DNA from: Alphaproteobacteria bacterium
GTDB lineage: Bacteria; Pseudomonadota; Alphaproteobacteria; UBA2966
Direction: 5' to 3'
Assembly (NCBI GenBank): GCA_964291395.2
Contig: OZ219858.1
Location: 736,001-800,000, forward strand
Length of the DNA: 64,000 nt
Both the position numbers and the translations under genes were made by a program. Of the stretch, positions 39,683-52,281 are shown piece by piece. How positions within the stretch are numbered: the first letter of the stretch is position 1; every line of letters starts with the position of its first letter. The notes beneath the pieces are model-generated. The model saw only the letters and a program-made list of their open reading frames with translations. It did no database searches and had not been told where the DNA came from.

Positions 39683-40093
39683 TCAGCCCTCGCGTTCGAT
39701 CGCCTCCATGTCCGCGTCCGACAGCCCGAAATGGTGACCGATTTCGTGAACCAGTACGTTGCGCACGATCGCCGCGAGGGATTCGCCTGTCTCGCACCAA
39801 TAATCGAGGATGGGGCGGCGGTAGAGAAATATGATGTCGACGTCGGTGGCAGTGTCGAGAACGCTTCGCTGATCGAGACTTACGCCACGGTAGAGACCGA
39901 GCAGGTCGAACTCGTTGTCGACGCCCAGCTCTCTCATCGTTTCCGAATCGGGAAACTCCACGACCTGGATGACGACATCGCTCGTATATGCGCGAAAACG
40001 TTCGGGAAGCGACTCGTAACCCGCGGTGGCCAACGATTCGATGTCCGCCGCGCTGGGCGCCGCGCCGACGGGGGGGACGCCACCCTGCTTCAT
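39683..40093 (-). CDS. Minimal zincin metallopeptidase (DUF1025/Zincin_1)
   Basis: LLGLYRG, LYRRPI, HEIGHHFG. Confidence 0.88.
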   Translation of the reverse strand: MKQGGVPPVGAAPSAADIESLATAGYESLPERFRAYTSDVVIQVVEFPDSETMRELGVDNEFDLLGLYRGVSLDQRSVLDTATDVDIIFLYRRPILDYWCETGESLAAIVRNVLVHEIGHHFGLSDADMEAIEREG

Positions 40094-40130
40094 TCGCCGA
40101 TACGTCACGCACGAGGCGGCGCGGAACGCG

Positions 40131-40895
40131 CTACCTCGGCGCCATGCGCAGCGCCCCGTCGAGCCGAACGACTTCGCCGTTGAGCATCCGGTTCTCGCAG
40201 ATGTAGAGGACCATCGATGCGTACTCGTCCGCGTCGCCGAGCCGGGACGGGAACGGGACGCTCTCACCAAGCGCCTTCTGCGCTTCTTCCGGCAACGAGA
40301 ACATCAGCGGCGTCGCGAACAGCCCCGGGGCGATGGTCATGACCCGGACGCCTCGCGACGCGAACTCTCGCGCGAGCGGAAGGGTGAGCGAGGCGATGCC
40401 GCCTTTGGACGCCGCATAGGCCGGTTGCCCGATCTGGCCGTCGTAGGCCGCCACCGAAGAGGTGTTGACGATGACCCCGCGCTCGCCGTCGTCGTTGACG
40501 GGGTCCTGCTCGAGCATGTCGGCGGCAGCGAGTCGAGCGCAGTTGAACGTCCCGATCAGGTTGATCTCGATGATCTTGCGGAAATCGTCGAGCGGCAGAG
40601 GCCCGCGGCGGCTGACGGCGCGGCCGGGCGGGCCGATGCCGGCACAATTGACGAGGACCCGGGCGGCACCGTGCGCTTCCCGCGCGGACGCGATGGCCCC
40701 TTGCGCCGCCTCGTCGCCGGTGACGTCGCATTCGAGGCCCAGCCCACCGATCTCGGAGGCTACCGACCGGGCGGCCTCGGCGTTGACGTCGAGGATCGCG
40801 ACCTTGGCGCCGGCCGCGGCGAGCGCGCGGGCCGTCGCGGCGCCGAGGCCCGATGCGCCGCCGGTCACGATGGCAGCAGTTCCCTTGAGTTCCAC
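40131..40895 (-). CDS. 3-hydroxyacyl-CoA dehydrogenase type II (HSD10-like SDR)
   Basis: TGGASGLG, NCAG, GQIGQPAYAASK, RLDGALRM. Confidence 0.92.
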   Translation of the reverse strand: MELKGTAAIVTGGASGLGAATARALAAAGAKVAILDVNAEAARSVASEIGGLGLECDVTGDEAAQGAIASAREAHGAARVLVNCAGIGPPGRAVSRRGPLPLDDFRKIIEINLIGTFNCARLAAADMLEQDPVNDDGERGVIVNTSSVAAYDGQIGQPAYAASKGGIASLTLPLAREFASRGVRVMTIAPGLFATPLMFSLPEEAQKALGESVPFPSRLGDADEYASMVLYICENRMLNGEVVRLDGALRMAPR

Positions 40896-41015
40896 GGATC
40901 CTCCCCTTTGTCCCCGACCGGCGTTGTTTAACGGGGTTCTGGTTTAGCAGATCGGATTCGGATGCGCGACCGGGAGTCCGTTGCGAGTCGCGCCGCCCCT
41001 TCCTATATGCGAAGG

Positions 41016-41408
41016 ATGTCGGATTCCGATCATGGGGCTGGTTCGGGCACCGGGCCGAAGGACGACGCGGACGTCGTCCTCAAGGGGTTCTGGAACAAGG
41101 TCCGGCGTACACTGGGGCGCGTGCCCTTCCTGGACGAAGCCGTCGCCGCCTATTACTGCGCCACGGATCCCAAGACCCCGCGCCGCGTTCAGGCGATATT
41201 GCTGGGGGCACTCGCGTACTTCGTGGTTCCCGCTGACATGATTCCCGACTTCATCGCCGGTCTCGGTTTCACCGACGATGCGGCGGTCCTGGCTGCGGTC
41301 ATCGGTACCGTGCGTCGCCACATCACGGACGATCATCGGGCGGGCGCCCGCGCGGTCCTCGACCGCTTCGCCAATACCGGCGGCTCCGAGACCACGGACG
41401 ACGGCTAG
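41016..41408 (+). CDS. DUF1232/YkvA family protein
   Basis: AAYYCATD, YFVVPADMIPD, GFTDD. Confidence 0.88.
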   Translation: MSDSDHGAGSGTGPKDDADVVLKGFWNKVRRTLGRVPFLDEAVAAYYCATDPKTPRRVQAILLGALAYFVVPADMIPDFIAGLGFTDDAAVLAAVIGTVRRHITDDHRAGARAVLDRFANTGGSETTDDG

Positions 41409-42352
41409 GACCGTTCCCCTGACGGCTCGTCATGCCGGACCCGTGGGCGCCTCGCCGCCGCGGCGCGCTCGATCTGCGCCTCGCGGCGGGTAATGTAGAA
41501 AGTGCTGGAAAAGATCACCGCGGCACCGACCCAGGTCCAGATGTCGGGCACCTCGCTGAAGGCGATGTAACCGATCAGCGCGGTGAACGGCAGACGCGTG
41601 AAATCGAAGGGCATGATGACGGTGGTCTCGGCGATGGCAAAGGCCTTGGTCATCGCCAGATGGGCGCACGTGCCGGAGACGCCGACGACGACCAGCCACG
41701 TGAATTCCTGGGCGGTGGGCCATTGCCACACGAACAGTGCCGGAATGAGGGCGGCGGGGACCATGAACAGGTTGAGGTAGGCGACGATTGTGGTCGAGGA
41801 CTCCGTACGCGAGAGGATCTTGATGACGATGAAGGCGGCGGCCATGCCGGCGGCCGAGAGAATGACGATCAGCAGGTTCGGGTCGATCTCCGCGAAGCCG
41901 GGGCGCAGGATCAGCAGGGCGCCGGCAAAGCCGAGCAGAGTGGCCGTCCATCGCCGTATGCGTACGACCTCCTTGAGAACGATGACGGCCAGCACGGTGG
42001 TGAACAGCGGAGCCGTGAAGCTCAGCGCCACGGCGTCCGCTACCGGAACCACGGACACGGCGTAAAACCAGGTCACTTGGAATACGAGCGCCATGCAACC
42101 GCGCACGAGCAACAATCCGTAACGGTTCGCCCGGAGGACACCGAGCCCCTGGCGGATGAACAGCGGCGACAACGCGAGAAGTCCGAACAAGTTCCGGAAG
42201 AACACGGTCTCGATCGAGGGGATGGATGCGGAGACCTCGCGGATGCCGCCGACCATGGCCGAAAAGAACGCCGAGGCCACGATCATCAGCAGGGCGCCCT
42301 GCGCCGCGTTGGTCAGCCTTCGCGGGCCGTTTCCCGGTATCCCGCGGGTCAC
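41405..42352 (-). CDS. DMT/EamA transporter
   Basis: About 10 TM helices; FFRN, FTAPLF, LKE.V, ILRPG, FSEVP. Confidence 0.9.
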   Translation of the reverse strand: MTRGIPGNGPRRLTNAAQGALLMIVASAFFSAMVGGIREVSASIPSIETVFFRNLFGLLALSPLFIRQGLGVLRANRYGLLLVRGCMALVFQVTWFYAVSVVPVADAVALSFTAPLFTTVLAVIVLKEVVRIRRWTATLLGFAGALLILRPGFAEIDPNLLIVILSAAGMAAAFIVIKILSRTESSTTIVAYLNLFMVPAALIPALFVWQWPTAQEFTWLVVVGVSGTCAHLAMTKAFAIAETTVIMPFDFTRLPFTALIGYIAFSEVPDIWTWVGAAVIFSSTFYITRREAQIERAAAARRPRVRHDEPSGERS

Positions 42353-42612
42353 GCCGCGACCTCCCCGTAGCCGCTTGCCGATGCGGTGCCGTATCTTCGT
42401 CCGAAGAAAGGGCTGTCCGCGAGTTCCGGGTCGGGTTGCCGTTCACTCACGCCTCCATTCTTACAGCATGACGCGACCCCGTGCCGGAGGACCGCCCGTC
42501 CCACGCCCGGGTCAATCGTCCCATGGCGCTTCCCACCCGCCGTCGGGCTCGGCAATATCCGATAGCGGAACGTGGTTCAGATCGACCGAGGCTCGCGAAT
42601 GGGGAGGGCTTG

Positions 42613-44574
<1,962 letters not shown>

Positions 44575-44586
44575 CCCGCGAACGCG

Positions 44587-45897
44587 TCATCCGGTCAGCA
44601 GCGACTTCCGGCTGGCCAAAAACTCGTCGACGGCGGCGACGATGCCCTCGATCTCCGTCTCGGTCATCGGCAGCGACAAGGTGATCATGCCGGTGCGCGC
44701 GAGAAAATGGTCCTGATCCATCATGTCGAAATGGAAAAGGTCGCGCTTTCGCAGGTCCGTTTTGAGGATGTCTTCCGGGGCCCGGATGGGTTCTGCCGTG
44801 AAATGGATGTTGAGCATCGAGCCCACTCCGGTGAACTGCACCGGCAGGCCATGCTTGCCGGCGAGCGCATTGAGCCGCCTCCGCAGATCGTCTCCCCGGG
44901 CGTTGAGGTCGCGCGCGGCGTCCTCGGTGTAGATCTTCTCGAGGGCCGCCAGGCCAGCGGTCATCGTGAGCACGTTGTTGTTGAAGGTGCCGGCCTGCGG
45001 CAACGGCTTCTCGCCCGTCTGGTCGTAGTGTCTCATCAAGTCGGCGCGGCCGCCGAAGGCGCCGAACGTCAGGCCACCGCCGAGGTATTTGCTGACCGTC
45101 GTCAGGTCCGGCGTGATTCCGACCTCGCCTTGATAGCCGTTCGGCCCGAGGCGGGAAGTCATCACCTCGTCGAAAACGAAGACGATCCCCTTCTCCCGGG
45201 TCGCGTCGCGCAGGCCCCGCAGGAATTCCCGTTCCGCCGGGATGCACCCGCCGGCGCCCACCATCGGTTCGACGATCACGGCCGCCAGATCGTTCTCGTG
45301 CTTGTCGATCAGGGCGAGGGTGCCGTCGAGGTCGTTGTAGGGCGCCAGCACCCACGGGACGGGGTAGTTCACCGGCGCGGGGCCGTGCTCGAAGTTGAGC
45401 ACCCCGCCGTGGTAGCAGCCCTCGAACGCCATCACGTGCGTCTTGCCCGTAACGGCGCGGGCGAGGCTCAGGGCCCAGATGTTGGCCTCGGTGCCGGAAT
45501 TGGCGAAGCGGATCTGCTCGAAGGTCGGGAAGCGCCGGCACAAGGCCTCGGCGAAGGGAGCTTCGTGCTTGTGGGGTCCGTTGAGGGCGATGCCGTTGTC
45601 CAGGGTCTCGACGATCGTGCGGCGGGTGATCGGGTGGTTGTGCCCGAAAATGCCCGCCGTGTAGTCGCCCATGAAATCGGCATAGCGATGATCGTCCATG
45701 TCCCAGATGTAGGCGCCCTCGCCGCGCGAGAAGGCGAGGGGAAAGGGCCGGAAGTAGAGCGAACTGCGGCCGACGCCGCCGGCGATCGGCTTGGAGGCAG
45801 CCTCGTGATAGGCGCGGCTGTTGGGATTGGCGGCGGCGTATTTGTCCGCCGCCTCCTTGAGCGCGGCGTCGAGGTCGACATTGGGTTGCATGGCCAT
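44587..45897 (-). CDS. Class III aminotransferase (GSA-aminomutase-like; beta-amino acid aminotransferase-like)
   Basis: PFPL, YTAGIFGH, NSGTEA, YHGG, FDEVMTSRL, SKYLGGG, GTFNNN. Confidence 0.88.
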   Translation of the reverse strand: MAMQPNVDLDAALKEAADKYAAANPNSRAYHEAASKPIAGGVGRSSLYFRPFPLAFSRGEGAYIWDMDDHRYADFMGDYTAGIFGHNHPITRRTIVETLDNGIALNGPHKHEAPFAEALCRRFPTFEQIRFANSGTEANIWALSLARAVTGKTHVMAFEGCYHGGVLNFEHGPAPVNYPVPWVLAPYNDLDGTLALIDKHENDLAAVIVEPMVGAGGCIPAEREFLRGLRDATREKGIVFVFDEVMTSRLGPNGYQGEVGITPDLTTVSKYLGGGLTFGAFGGRADLMRHYDQTGEKPLPQAGTFNNNVLTMTAGLAALEKIYTEDAARDLNARGDDLRRRLNALAGKHGLPVQFTGVGSMLNIHFTAEPIRAPEDILKTDLRKRDLFHFDMMDQDHFLARTGMITLSLPMTETEIEGIVAAVDEFLASRKSLLTG

Positions 45898-45951
45898 CGG
45901 ATACCCTCCCGTATCTGGCTGACGATAGGCTGCGCGCCGCTCCCAGGCGAG

Positions 45952-47180
45952 TCAATCGCCGCTGGCGGCCAAGTGCGGGTCGCGGCGGGGCAGCAGGAAG
46001 ACCAGGACGTTGGCGACCAGCATCGTGCCTGCCAGGAAGTAGAATACCGAGGCGAGGCCCCAAGTGTCGGCGATGAGTCCGCCGACGGCGGGCGTCAGAG
46101 TCGAGAGACCGGCCTGGGTGCCGAACAACAGACTCGTCGCCGAGCCGCCGAGCCGAGGCGGAGTCAGGTCCATCAGCCAGCTGTGGATCACCGGCCGTGT
46201 GGCAAACATGGCGAAGCCCAGCAGCGAGACGCCGGCGACGAAGATGGTCTCGTCGTCGATGAACGTGAGGATCACGATAAGCGCCGTGGAGGCGCTCAAC
46301 GCGACGACGACGACGGGTCGGCGACCAACTCGGTCGGAAGCGGTCCCGGCGATGGGGGCGGCGATCAGGCCGCCGATCTGCAGTGCCGACAGGGCGAGCC
46401 CGAGGGTCAGCGGGCTCACCTTGACCACGTCGGCGAGATAGAGCGGCAGGAACACGAACAGACCGTTCTGGGTCATGTTACGGAAGGCGGCCATGACGCA
46501 GAGGCCGAGCACCGCCCTGTCGCGGATCACGCCTTTAACTCCGGTAACGTACTCGCCGATCGACATGCCGCGGTCGTGCAGTGCGCCCCGGTGCTCCTCT
46601 CCCGCAGCAGGACCACGGCGACGACCAGGGAAGCGGCGAAGATCGGTATCGCATTGACCATCGCCGCGCCCTGCCAGGTGAACCAGACCAGGGCCGCGCC
46701 CGCCACGAGGGGCGCCATACTGTCGCCGATATTGGCGCCGAGGGCGTGGATGGAGAGCGTGTAGCCCCGATTGTTGGGGAAGCGGCCGGACAGGTAGGAG
46801 ATCGCGGCCGGATGCCACAGGTTTGCGCCGGCGCCGATGAAGACGATCATCACGCCGATTATCAGGAACTCGCCGGTCATGCCGAGAGCCAGTAGCCCCA
46901 CGGCACCCATCAGAAGGGCGGCGATCTGGAACACGACCTGCCGCCCGACCACGTCGATGAGGGCACCGCTGCCGATCGAGGCAGTGAACCCGCTGGCGTG
47001 ATAGATGGCCACGAGCAAGCCGGCCTCGGCATAGCTCAGCCCCAGTTGCCGCGCGATGAACGGCAGCAGGACGTAGAAGGTGCCGAAGGCCCAGTGCGTG
47101 CCGCCATGACCCAGCGCCAGGGTCATGACCGGAGGCTGGTCCCGCCAGGACATCCCGGTAAGTCGTTCGGATAGGGACAA
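45952..47180 (-). pseudogene. MFS transporter frameshifted near 46600 (pseudogene, split gene or sequencing error)
   Basis: N-half in frame 46527..47180, C-half in the frame ending at 45952; switch lies in the central loop. Confidence 0.8.
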
Positions 47181-47370
47181 AATTCTCGATCACCGCTGGC
47201 GTGGGCCGGTCAGGCACTATACGTGGCAATCCGCCTGGCGCAATGCGCCGGAAGAGCTCGAAAGGACATGAAACCCTTTGATGTCCGGGCGCTTGCGATC
47301 TGGCCCTCAAAGCGATCGAAGCGGCCGGGTTCTCGAACGGGCGCGCGTAGAGGTGGACCGCACCGGACGG

Positions 47371-48750
47371 TTAAATCCCTTCCTCGACTCGCCGCTCGAT
47401 GGCTGGATAGGGCACGGCGAGCGTGATCCCGCGCAAGGCCATGAAAAACATCAGCGCGGCCCACAGTCCGTGGTTGCCGTACGCCGGTACCAGGAGTGCC
47501 AGCGCCCCGACGTATCCGAGGAACGAGAGCACCATCGTGTTCCGCATCAGGCGAGTTTCGGTCGCGCCGATGTAGACGCCGTCGAGTTGGAAGCTCCAGA
47601 CCGAGATCAGCGGGGAAGCGATCAGCCAGGGCAGGTATACGTACGACTCATGCCGCACGTCCTGCAGGCCGGTGAGCACGTCGACAATGAGGCGTCCCGC
47701 CGAGGCGTACACCACGATGAACACCAACGCGGTTCCAGCCGCCCAGAGCGTCGACACGACGACGGAACGGCGGAAGGCGGTACGGTCGCGCGCACCGGCC
47801 GCGCCCCCCACGAGCGCGCTCGCCGCGTGGGCGAAGCCGTCCAGGGCATAGGAGAGGAACATCTGGAAATTGAGCAGCAGCGCGTTGGCGGCGAGGATCG
47901 CATCGCCCATCTCGGCTGCTTGCGCGGTGAACACCGCGAACGCGGAGATCAGGAACAGCGTGCGGATGAAGATGTCGCCGTTGATCGCGGCAAGACGGCG
48001 GAACCGCGTGACGTCCCATAGCACCGTCGCGTTTCGCTGCGCCCGCTCCGCGCGAAGAACTCGCACGCATAGTAACAGGCCAAGGACGATGGCGGTGTAT
48101 TCGGAAAGCGCGCTGGCGAGTGCGACGCCCTTGACGTCCCAGCCGAAGCCGATCACGAACACGAGATCCAGGACCACGTTCAGGCCGTTCATGAACACCT
48201 GTATCGTGAGGGCCGAGCCGGCCCGCTGCAGGCCGATGAGCCAGCCCAGTACCACGTAGTTTGCGAGCGCGGCCGGCGCCGCCCAGATACGGATGCGGAA
48301 ATACTCGCCCGCCAGGGCTTCCACCGGTACGCTGGCGTCGACCAGCCACAGGGCCATCTCGACGACCGGAACCTGCAGCGCGATGACGAGCGCCGACAAC
48401 ACGGCGGCGATGACGAATCCCCGGTGCAGGGTGGCCCAGATTTCCTGACCGTCGCGTACGCCGAGCGCCTGGGCGGCCAGTCCGGTCGTGCCCATGCGCA
48501 GGAAGCCGAACCCCCAATACACGTAGTTGAAGATGAGCGTTCCGATGGCCACGCCGCCCAGATAGATGGGGCTGTCGAGATGACCGACGACGGCCGTATC
48601 GACCGCACCCAGCAACGGCACGGAGACGTTGGACAGGATGATGGGTCCGGCGATCCGCCAAACCCGCCGGTGTTCGCCGTCCGCTGGCGGCGACGTCGGG
48701 GCCGCCCCCACCCCTACTTCCCCCGGGGAGCAAGTTCTTCGCTCCCGCAC
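47371..48750 (-). CDS. MATE efflux transporter (DinF-like)
   Basis: PLLGAVDTAVVGH, FLRMGTTG, ALDGFA, DGVYIG; true start probably downstream of 48750. Confidence 0.9.
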   Translation of the reverse strand: MRERRTCSPGEVGVGAAPTSPPADGEHRRVWRIAGPIILSNVSVPLLGAVDTAVVGHLDSPIYLGGVAIGTLIFNYVYWGFGFLRMGTTGLAAQALGVRDGQEIWATLHRGFVIAAVLSALVIALQVPVVEMALWLVDASVPVEALAGEYFRIRIWAAPAALANYVVLGWLIGLQRAGSALTIQVFMNGLNVVLDLVFVIGFGWDVKGVALASALSEYTAIVLGLLLCVRVLRAERAQRNATVLWDVTRFRRLAAINGDIFIRTLFLISAFAVFTAQAAEMGDAILAANALLLNFQMFLSYALDGFAHAASALVGGAAGARDRTAFRRSVVVSTLWAAGTALVFIVVYASAGRLIVDVLTGLQDVRHESYVYLPWLIASPLISVWSFQLDGVYIGATETRLMRNTMVLSFLGYVGALALLVPAYGNHGLWAALMFFMALRGITLAVPYPAIERRVEEGI

Positions 48751-48850
48751 GAGAATTTCCGAGCGAATCTGCCGCTCTCCCGGGGGAGGAGACCGGAACG
48801 TCGTCTTCTGAACCTCCCTCCCCGAGATCGGCGAGGGGTAAGGGGAGGGG
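48705..48850. repeat. Degenerate C/G-rich REP-like palindromes
   Basis: CCCCACCCCTACTTCCCC at left, inverted counterpart GGGGTAAGGGGAGGGG at right, internal CTCCC..GGGAG hairpins. Confidence 0.4.
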
Positions 48851-48879
48851 CGAAATCCAAACGCCCGACCGGCACCACC

Positions 48880-50001
48880 CTAATTCTTCGCCGCCGGCAG
48901 CTTGCCGGGCACGGGCAATCCCAACAGATCGGGATGGCAGCGCGCGTATTGGTGGGGATAGGCCGCCTCCTGGCCGAGCGCCACGGCCGCCTCCCACGTC
49001 CAGTGCGGCTTGTAGAGCATGCCGCGCGCCAGCGCGACCATGTCGGCCTGGCCGGAGCGGATGATGCTGTCCGCTTGGTGGGGATCGGTGATCAGGCCCA
49101 CCGCCATCACCGCCATGTCCGTCAGGTTGCGTTTGATCTCCGCGGCGAAGCCGACCTGATAGCCCGGCCCGGCGACGACGGCGGCATCGGGCGTCGCGCC
49201 GCCGCTCGATGCCACGATGAAGTCGCAGCCCCGCTTCTCCAGCTCCCTGGCCAGGACGACGGAATCGCCGATCTCCCAGCCGCCGTCGACCCAGTCGCTT
49301 GAAGTGATGCGGACTCCGAGCGGTTTCTCCTTCGGCCACGCGGCACGGACCTTCCCAAAGGTCTCCAAGAGGAACCGCATGCGGTTCTCCAGGCTGCCGC
49401 CGTACTCGTCTTCGCGCTTGTTGGAAAGCGGTGAGAGGAATGACTGCATCAGATAGCCGTGCGCCGCGTGGATTTCGATGCAGTCGAGATCGAGCCGCTC
49501 GGCCCGCCTGGCCGCCGCGACGAACGCTCCCTGGGCGTGCTCGATTCCCGCCTTGTCCAATGCCTCGGGCATGACCGAACGGTTGGAAAACGGAATCGCC
49601 GACGGCGCCACGGGTTCCCAGCCGCCGTCCTCTGGCATGACCGGACCTTGTCCCCGCCATGGCGGTTCGGTCGATGCCTTGCGCCCGGCGTGGGCGAGCT
49701 GGACGCCGATGGGGGAATTGCCGTACTCCCGGACGAACGCCGCGACGCGCTTCAGGGCGTTCTCGTTCTCATCGGAATAGAGACCCAGGCAGTTCGGCGA
49801 GATGCGTCCCTCGGGAACCACGCCCGTCGCCTCCGTCAACAGCAACCCGACGCCCGTGACCGAGAACTGGCCGAGATGCATGAGATGCCAGTCGCTTGCG
49901 GTGCCGTCCACGGCGCTGTACTGGCACATCGGCGCGACGACGATGCGGTTGGCCAGTTCGAGGTTGCGGAGCTTGATGGGTTTGAATAGCTGGCTATCCA
50001 T
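48880..50001 (-). CDS. NADH:flavin oxidoreductase (old yellow enzyme, YqjM/NamA-like)
   Basis: APMCQYSA, QLAHAGRKAS, HAAHGYL, NKREDEYGG. Confidence 0.93.
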   Translation of the reverse strand: MDSQLFKPIKLRNLELANRIVVAPMCQYSAVDGTASDWHLMHLGQFSVTGVGLLLTEATGVVPEGRISPNCLGLYSDENENALKRVAAFVREYGNSPIGVQLAHAGRKASTEPPWRGQGPVMPEDGGWEPVAPSAIPFSNRSVMPEALDKAGIEHAQGAFVAAARRAERLDLDCIEIHAAHGYLMQSFLSPLSNKREDEYGGSLENRMRFLLETFGKVRAAWPKEKPLGVRITSSDWVDGGWEIGDSVVLARELEKRGCDFIVASSGGATPDAAVVAGPGYQVGFAAEIKRNLTDMAVMAVGLITDPHQADSIIRSGQADMVALARGMLYKPHWTWEAAVALGQEAAYPHQYARCHPDLLGLPVPGKLPAAKN

Positions 50002-50150
50002 GAAGCGGTCCCGACGGTTCGTGGTTTGCGACGGCAGCCGACTTACACCGTGGGCAATCGCACCGTCAAATGGAGTTGGCTGCAGCGCCGCGCACGTTTC
50101 TGATACGATGCCGGCCCGACATCATACTCACACCGACGGGGAGAAAGTCC

Positions 50151-52277
50151 GTGGCGGTCCAGGAAACCTCCGAACCCAGAGAGATTTACGCGACGTGCCC
50201 CCACGATTGCCCCGACTCGTGCGCCATGGTGGCGACGGTCGAGGACGGCCGGGTGGTTGGCGTCCGGGGCCGGCGCGACCACCCGTTCACGCGCGGCACG
50301 CTGTGCGTGAAGGTCAAGAACTATCAGGACCGGGTCCACAGCCCCGATCGCGTGCTCTATCCGCAACGGCGAGTCGGCGCCAAGGGCGAGGGCCGGTTCG
50401 AGCGCATCAGCTGGGACGAGGCGCTCGCCGCCATACACGACCGCTTCCGCGCCGCCATCGAGGAATTCGGAGCCGAAGCGATCCTGCCCTGCAGCTACAT
50501 CGGACAGCAGGGGTTCGTACACGGTTTGAATTCGGGAGACGCCTTCTTCAACAGACTCGGCGCGACGATCATGGAGCGCACGCTCTGCGCCTCCGCCGCA
50601 AACTCCGCTTCCGTCATGACGACCGGCGTGTCAGGCGGCGTCGATCCGTTGAGCTTCGTCCATTCGCGTTACATCGTCATTTGGGGCTGCAACACGATCT
50701 CCACGCACATGCACCAGTGGCCGATGATCGCCGAAGCCCGTCGCGGCGGCGCCAAGGTGGTGGTCGTCGATCCCATCCGCTCGCGCACCGCGGCCGAGGC
50801 GGATTGGCACGTGCGAATCCGTCCCGGGACCGACGCCGCCCTGGCTCTCGGCATGATGAACGTGATCATCGCCGAGAACCTGATCGATGCCGACTACGTC
50901 GCCAACTACACAACGGGCTTCGATGAGCTCAAGGAGCGCGCGGCCCGGTATCCGCCCGCCCGTGTCGCCGCGATCACGGGGCTTCCCGCCGACGACGTGC
51001 TTCTGCTCGCACGCGAGTACGCGACGACCCGGCCGTCAGTCATTCGAGTCGGCGTGGCCGTGGAGCGCCATCGGAGCGGCGGTCAGGCCGTTCGCGCGCT
51101 CGCCTCCCTGCCCGCCCTGATCGGCGCCTGGCGCCACGTCGGCGGCGGCGTCCTGCAGAGTGCGGCAAGGTCCCTGCCCTCGCGGGGTGACCGGATTTCC
51201 CGCCCCGACTTCATCCGCCCGGGAACCCGCGTCATCAACCAGATCGAGATGGGCCGGGCGCTGACCGGCGACCTCGATCCGCCGATCAAGGCCCTGTTCG
51301 TCTACAACTGCAATCCCATGGTCACGGTGCCGGACCAGCAGGCGGTCGCCCGGGGGCTCGAACGCGACGACCTGTTCGTCGTGGTCAGCGAGCAGTTTCA
51401 AACCGATACGGCGGACTACGCGGATATCCTCCTGCCGGCCTCGACACAGCTCGAGCAGTTCGAGCTCGTCTATTCATGGGGGCAGTTCTTCCTCGGCATC
51501 AGCGAGCCCGCGATCGCGCCGCTCGGCGAGTCCGTGCCCAACGCCGAGCTGTTCCGGCGCCTTGCCGCGACCTTCGGTTTCAACGAGCCGTATTTCCGCC
51601 GCTCCGATGAAGAAATCGCCCACGACGCCATCGACTGGGACCATCCGGTGCTGGAGGGCATCGACATGGAGCTCCTGCGGCGGAAAGGCTATGCGCGTCT
51701 CAATGTAGGCGATCCCGACACCCGATTGCCGCACGCGGAGGGCAACTTCCCGACCCCGTCCGGGAAGTGCGAGTTCCTGTCGTCACGCGCGCTGAAGGGA
51801 AACTTGGTGCTGCCCCGGTTGCGTCAGGGTTACGAGGAGGACCAGCCGGCGGGCGCCGTCGACCCCCTCCCGGACTACGTTCCGGCGGAAGCCGCCGACC
51901 CCCGCCATCCGCTCGTGCTCATTTCGCCGAAGAGCCACGCGTTCCTCAATTCCAGCTATGGAAATCTCGACGTTCAGAAAAAGGCTGCCGGCGATCCGTT
52001 GGTTCTCGTTCACCCCGCCGATGCCAGGGCGCGGGGCATCGAGGACGGCGACCGGGTCGGCGTCTTCAACGACCTCGCCACGATCGAGGTGAGCGCGCGG
52101 GTATCGGATGAGACGGCAGAGGGCGTCGTGGTCGTGCCGATGGGACATTGGCGCAAGTCGGACGGTGTCGGAGTCGGCGTCAACGCCCTCAATCCCGCCG
52201 CTCTCACCGATATCGGACAGGGGCCCGCGCTCACCGACACGCGCGTCGAGGTCGCGGCTCTCGGGGCGGTCGTCTGA
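50151..52277 (+). CDS. Molybdopterin oxidoreductase (DMSO reductase superfamily, uncharacterised clade)
   Basis: CPHDCPDSC...LC Fe-S motif, RPGTD, ADILLPA, HPADA; no Tat signal seen; GTG start after GGGGAG. Confidence 0.9.
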   Translation: MAVQETSEPREIYATCPHDCPDSCAMVATVEDGRVVGVRGRRDHPFTRGTLCVKVKNYQDRVHSPDRVLYPQRRVGAKGEGRFERISWDEALAAIHDRFRAAIEEFGAEAILPCSYIGQQGFVHGLNSGDAFFNRLGATIMERTLCASAANSASVMTTGVSGGVDPLSFVHSRYIVIWGCNTISTHMHQWPMIAEARRGGAKVVVVDPIRSRTAAEADWHVRIRPGTDAALALGMMNVIIAENLIDADYVANYTTGFDELKERAARYPPARVAAITGLPADDVLLLAREYATTRPSVIRVGVAVERHRSGGQAVRALASLPALIGAWRHVGGGVLQSAARSLPSRGDRISRPDFIRPGTRVINQIEMGRALTGDLDPPIKALFVYNCNPMVTVPDQQAVARGLERDDLFVVVSEQFQTDTADYADILLPASTQLEQFELVYSWGQFFLGISEPAIAPLGESVPNAELFRRLAATFGFNEPYFRRSDEEIAHDAIDWDHPVLEGIDMELLRRKGYARLNVGDPDTRLPHAEGNFPTPSGKCEFLSSRALKGNLVLPRLRQGYEEDQPAGAVDPLPDYVPAEAADPRHPLVLISPKSHAFLNSSYGNLDVQKKAAGDPLVLVHPADARARGIEDGDRVGVFNDLATIEVSARVSDETAEGVVVVPMGHWRKSDGVGVGVNALNPAALTDIGQGPALTDTRVEVAALGAVV

Positions 52278-52281
52278 CCTC

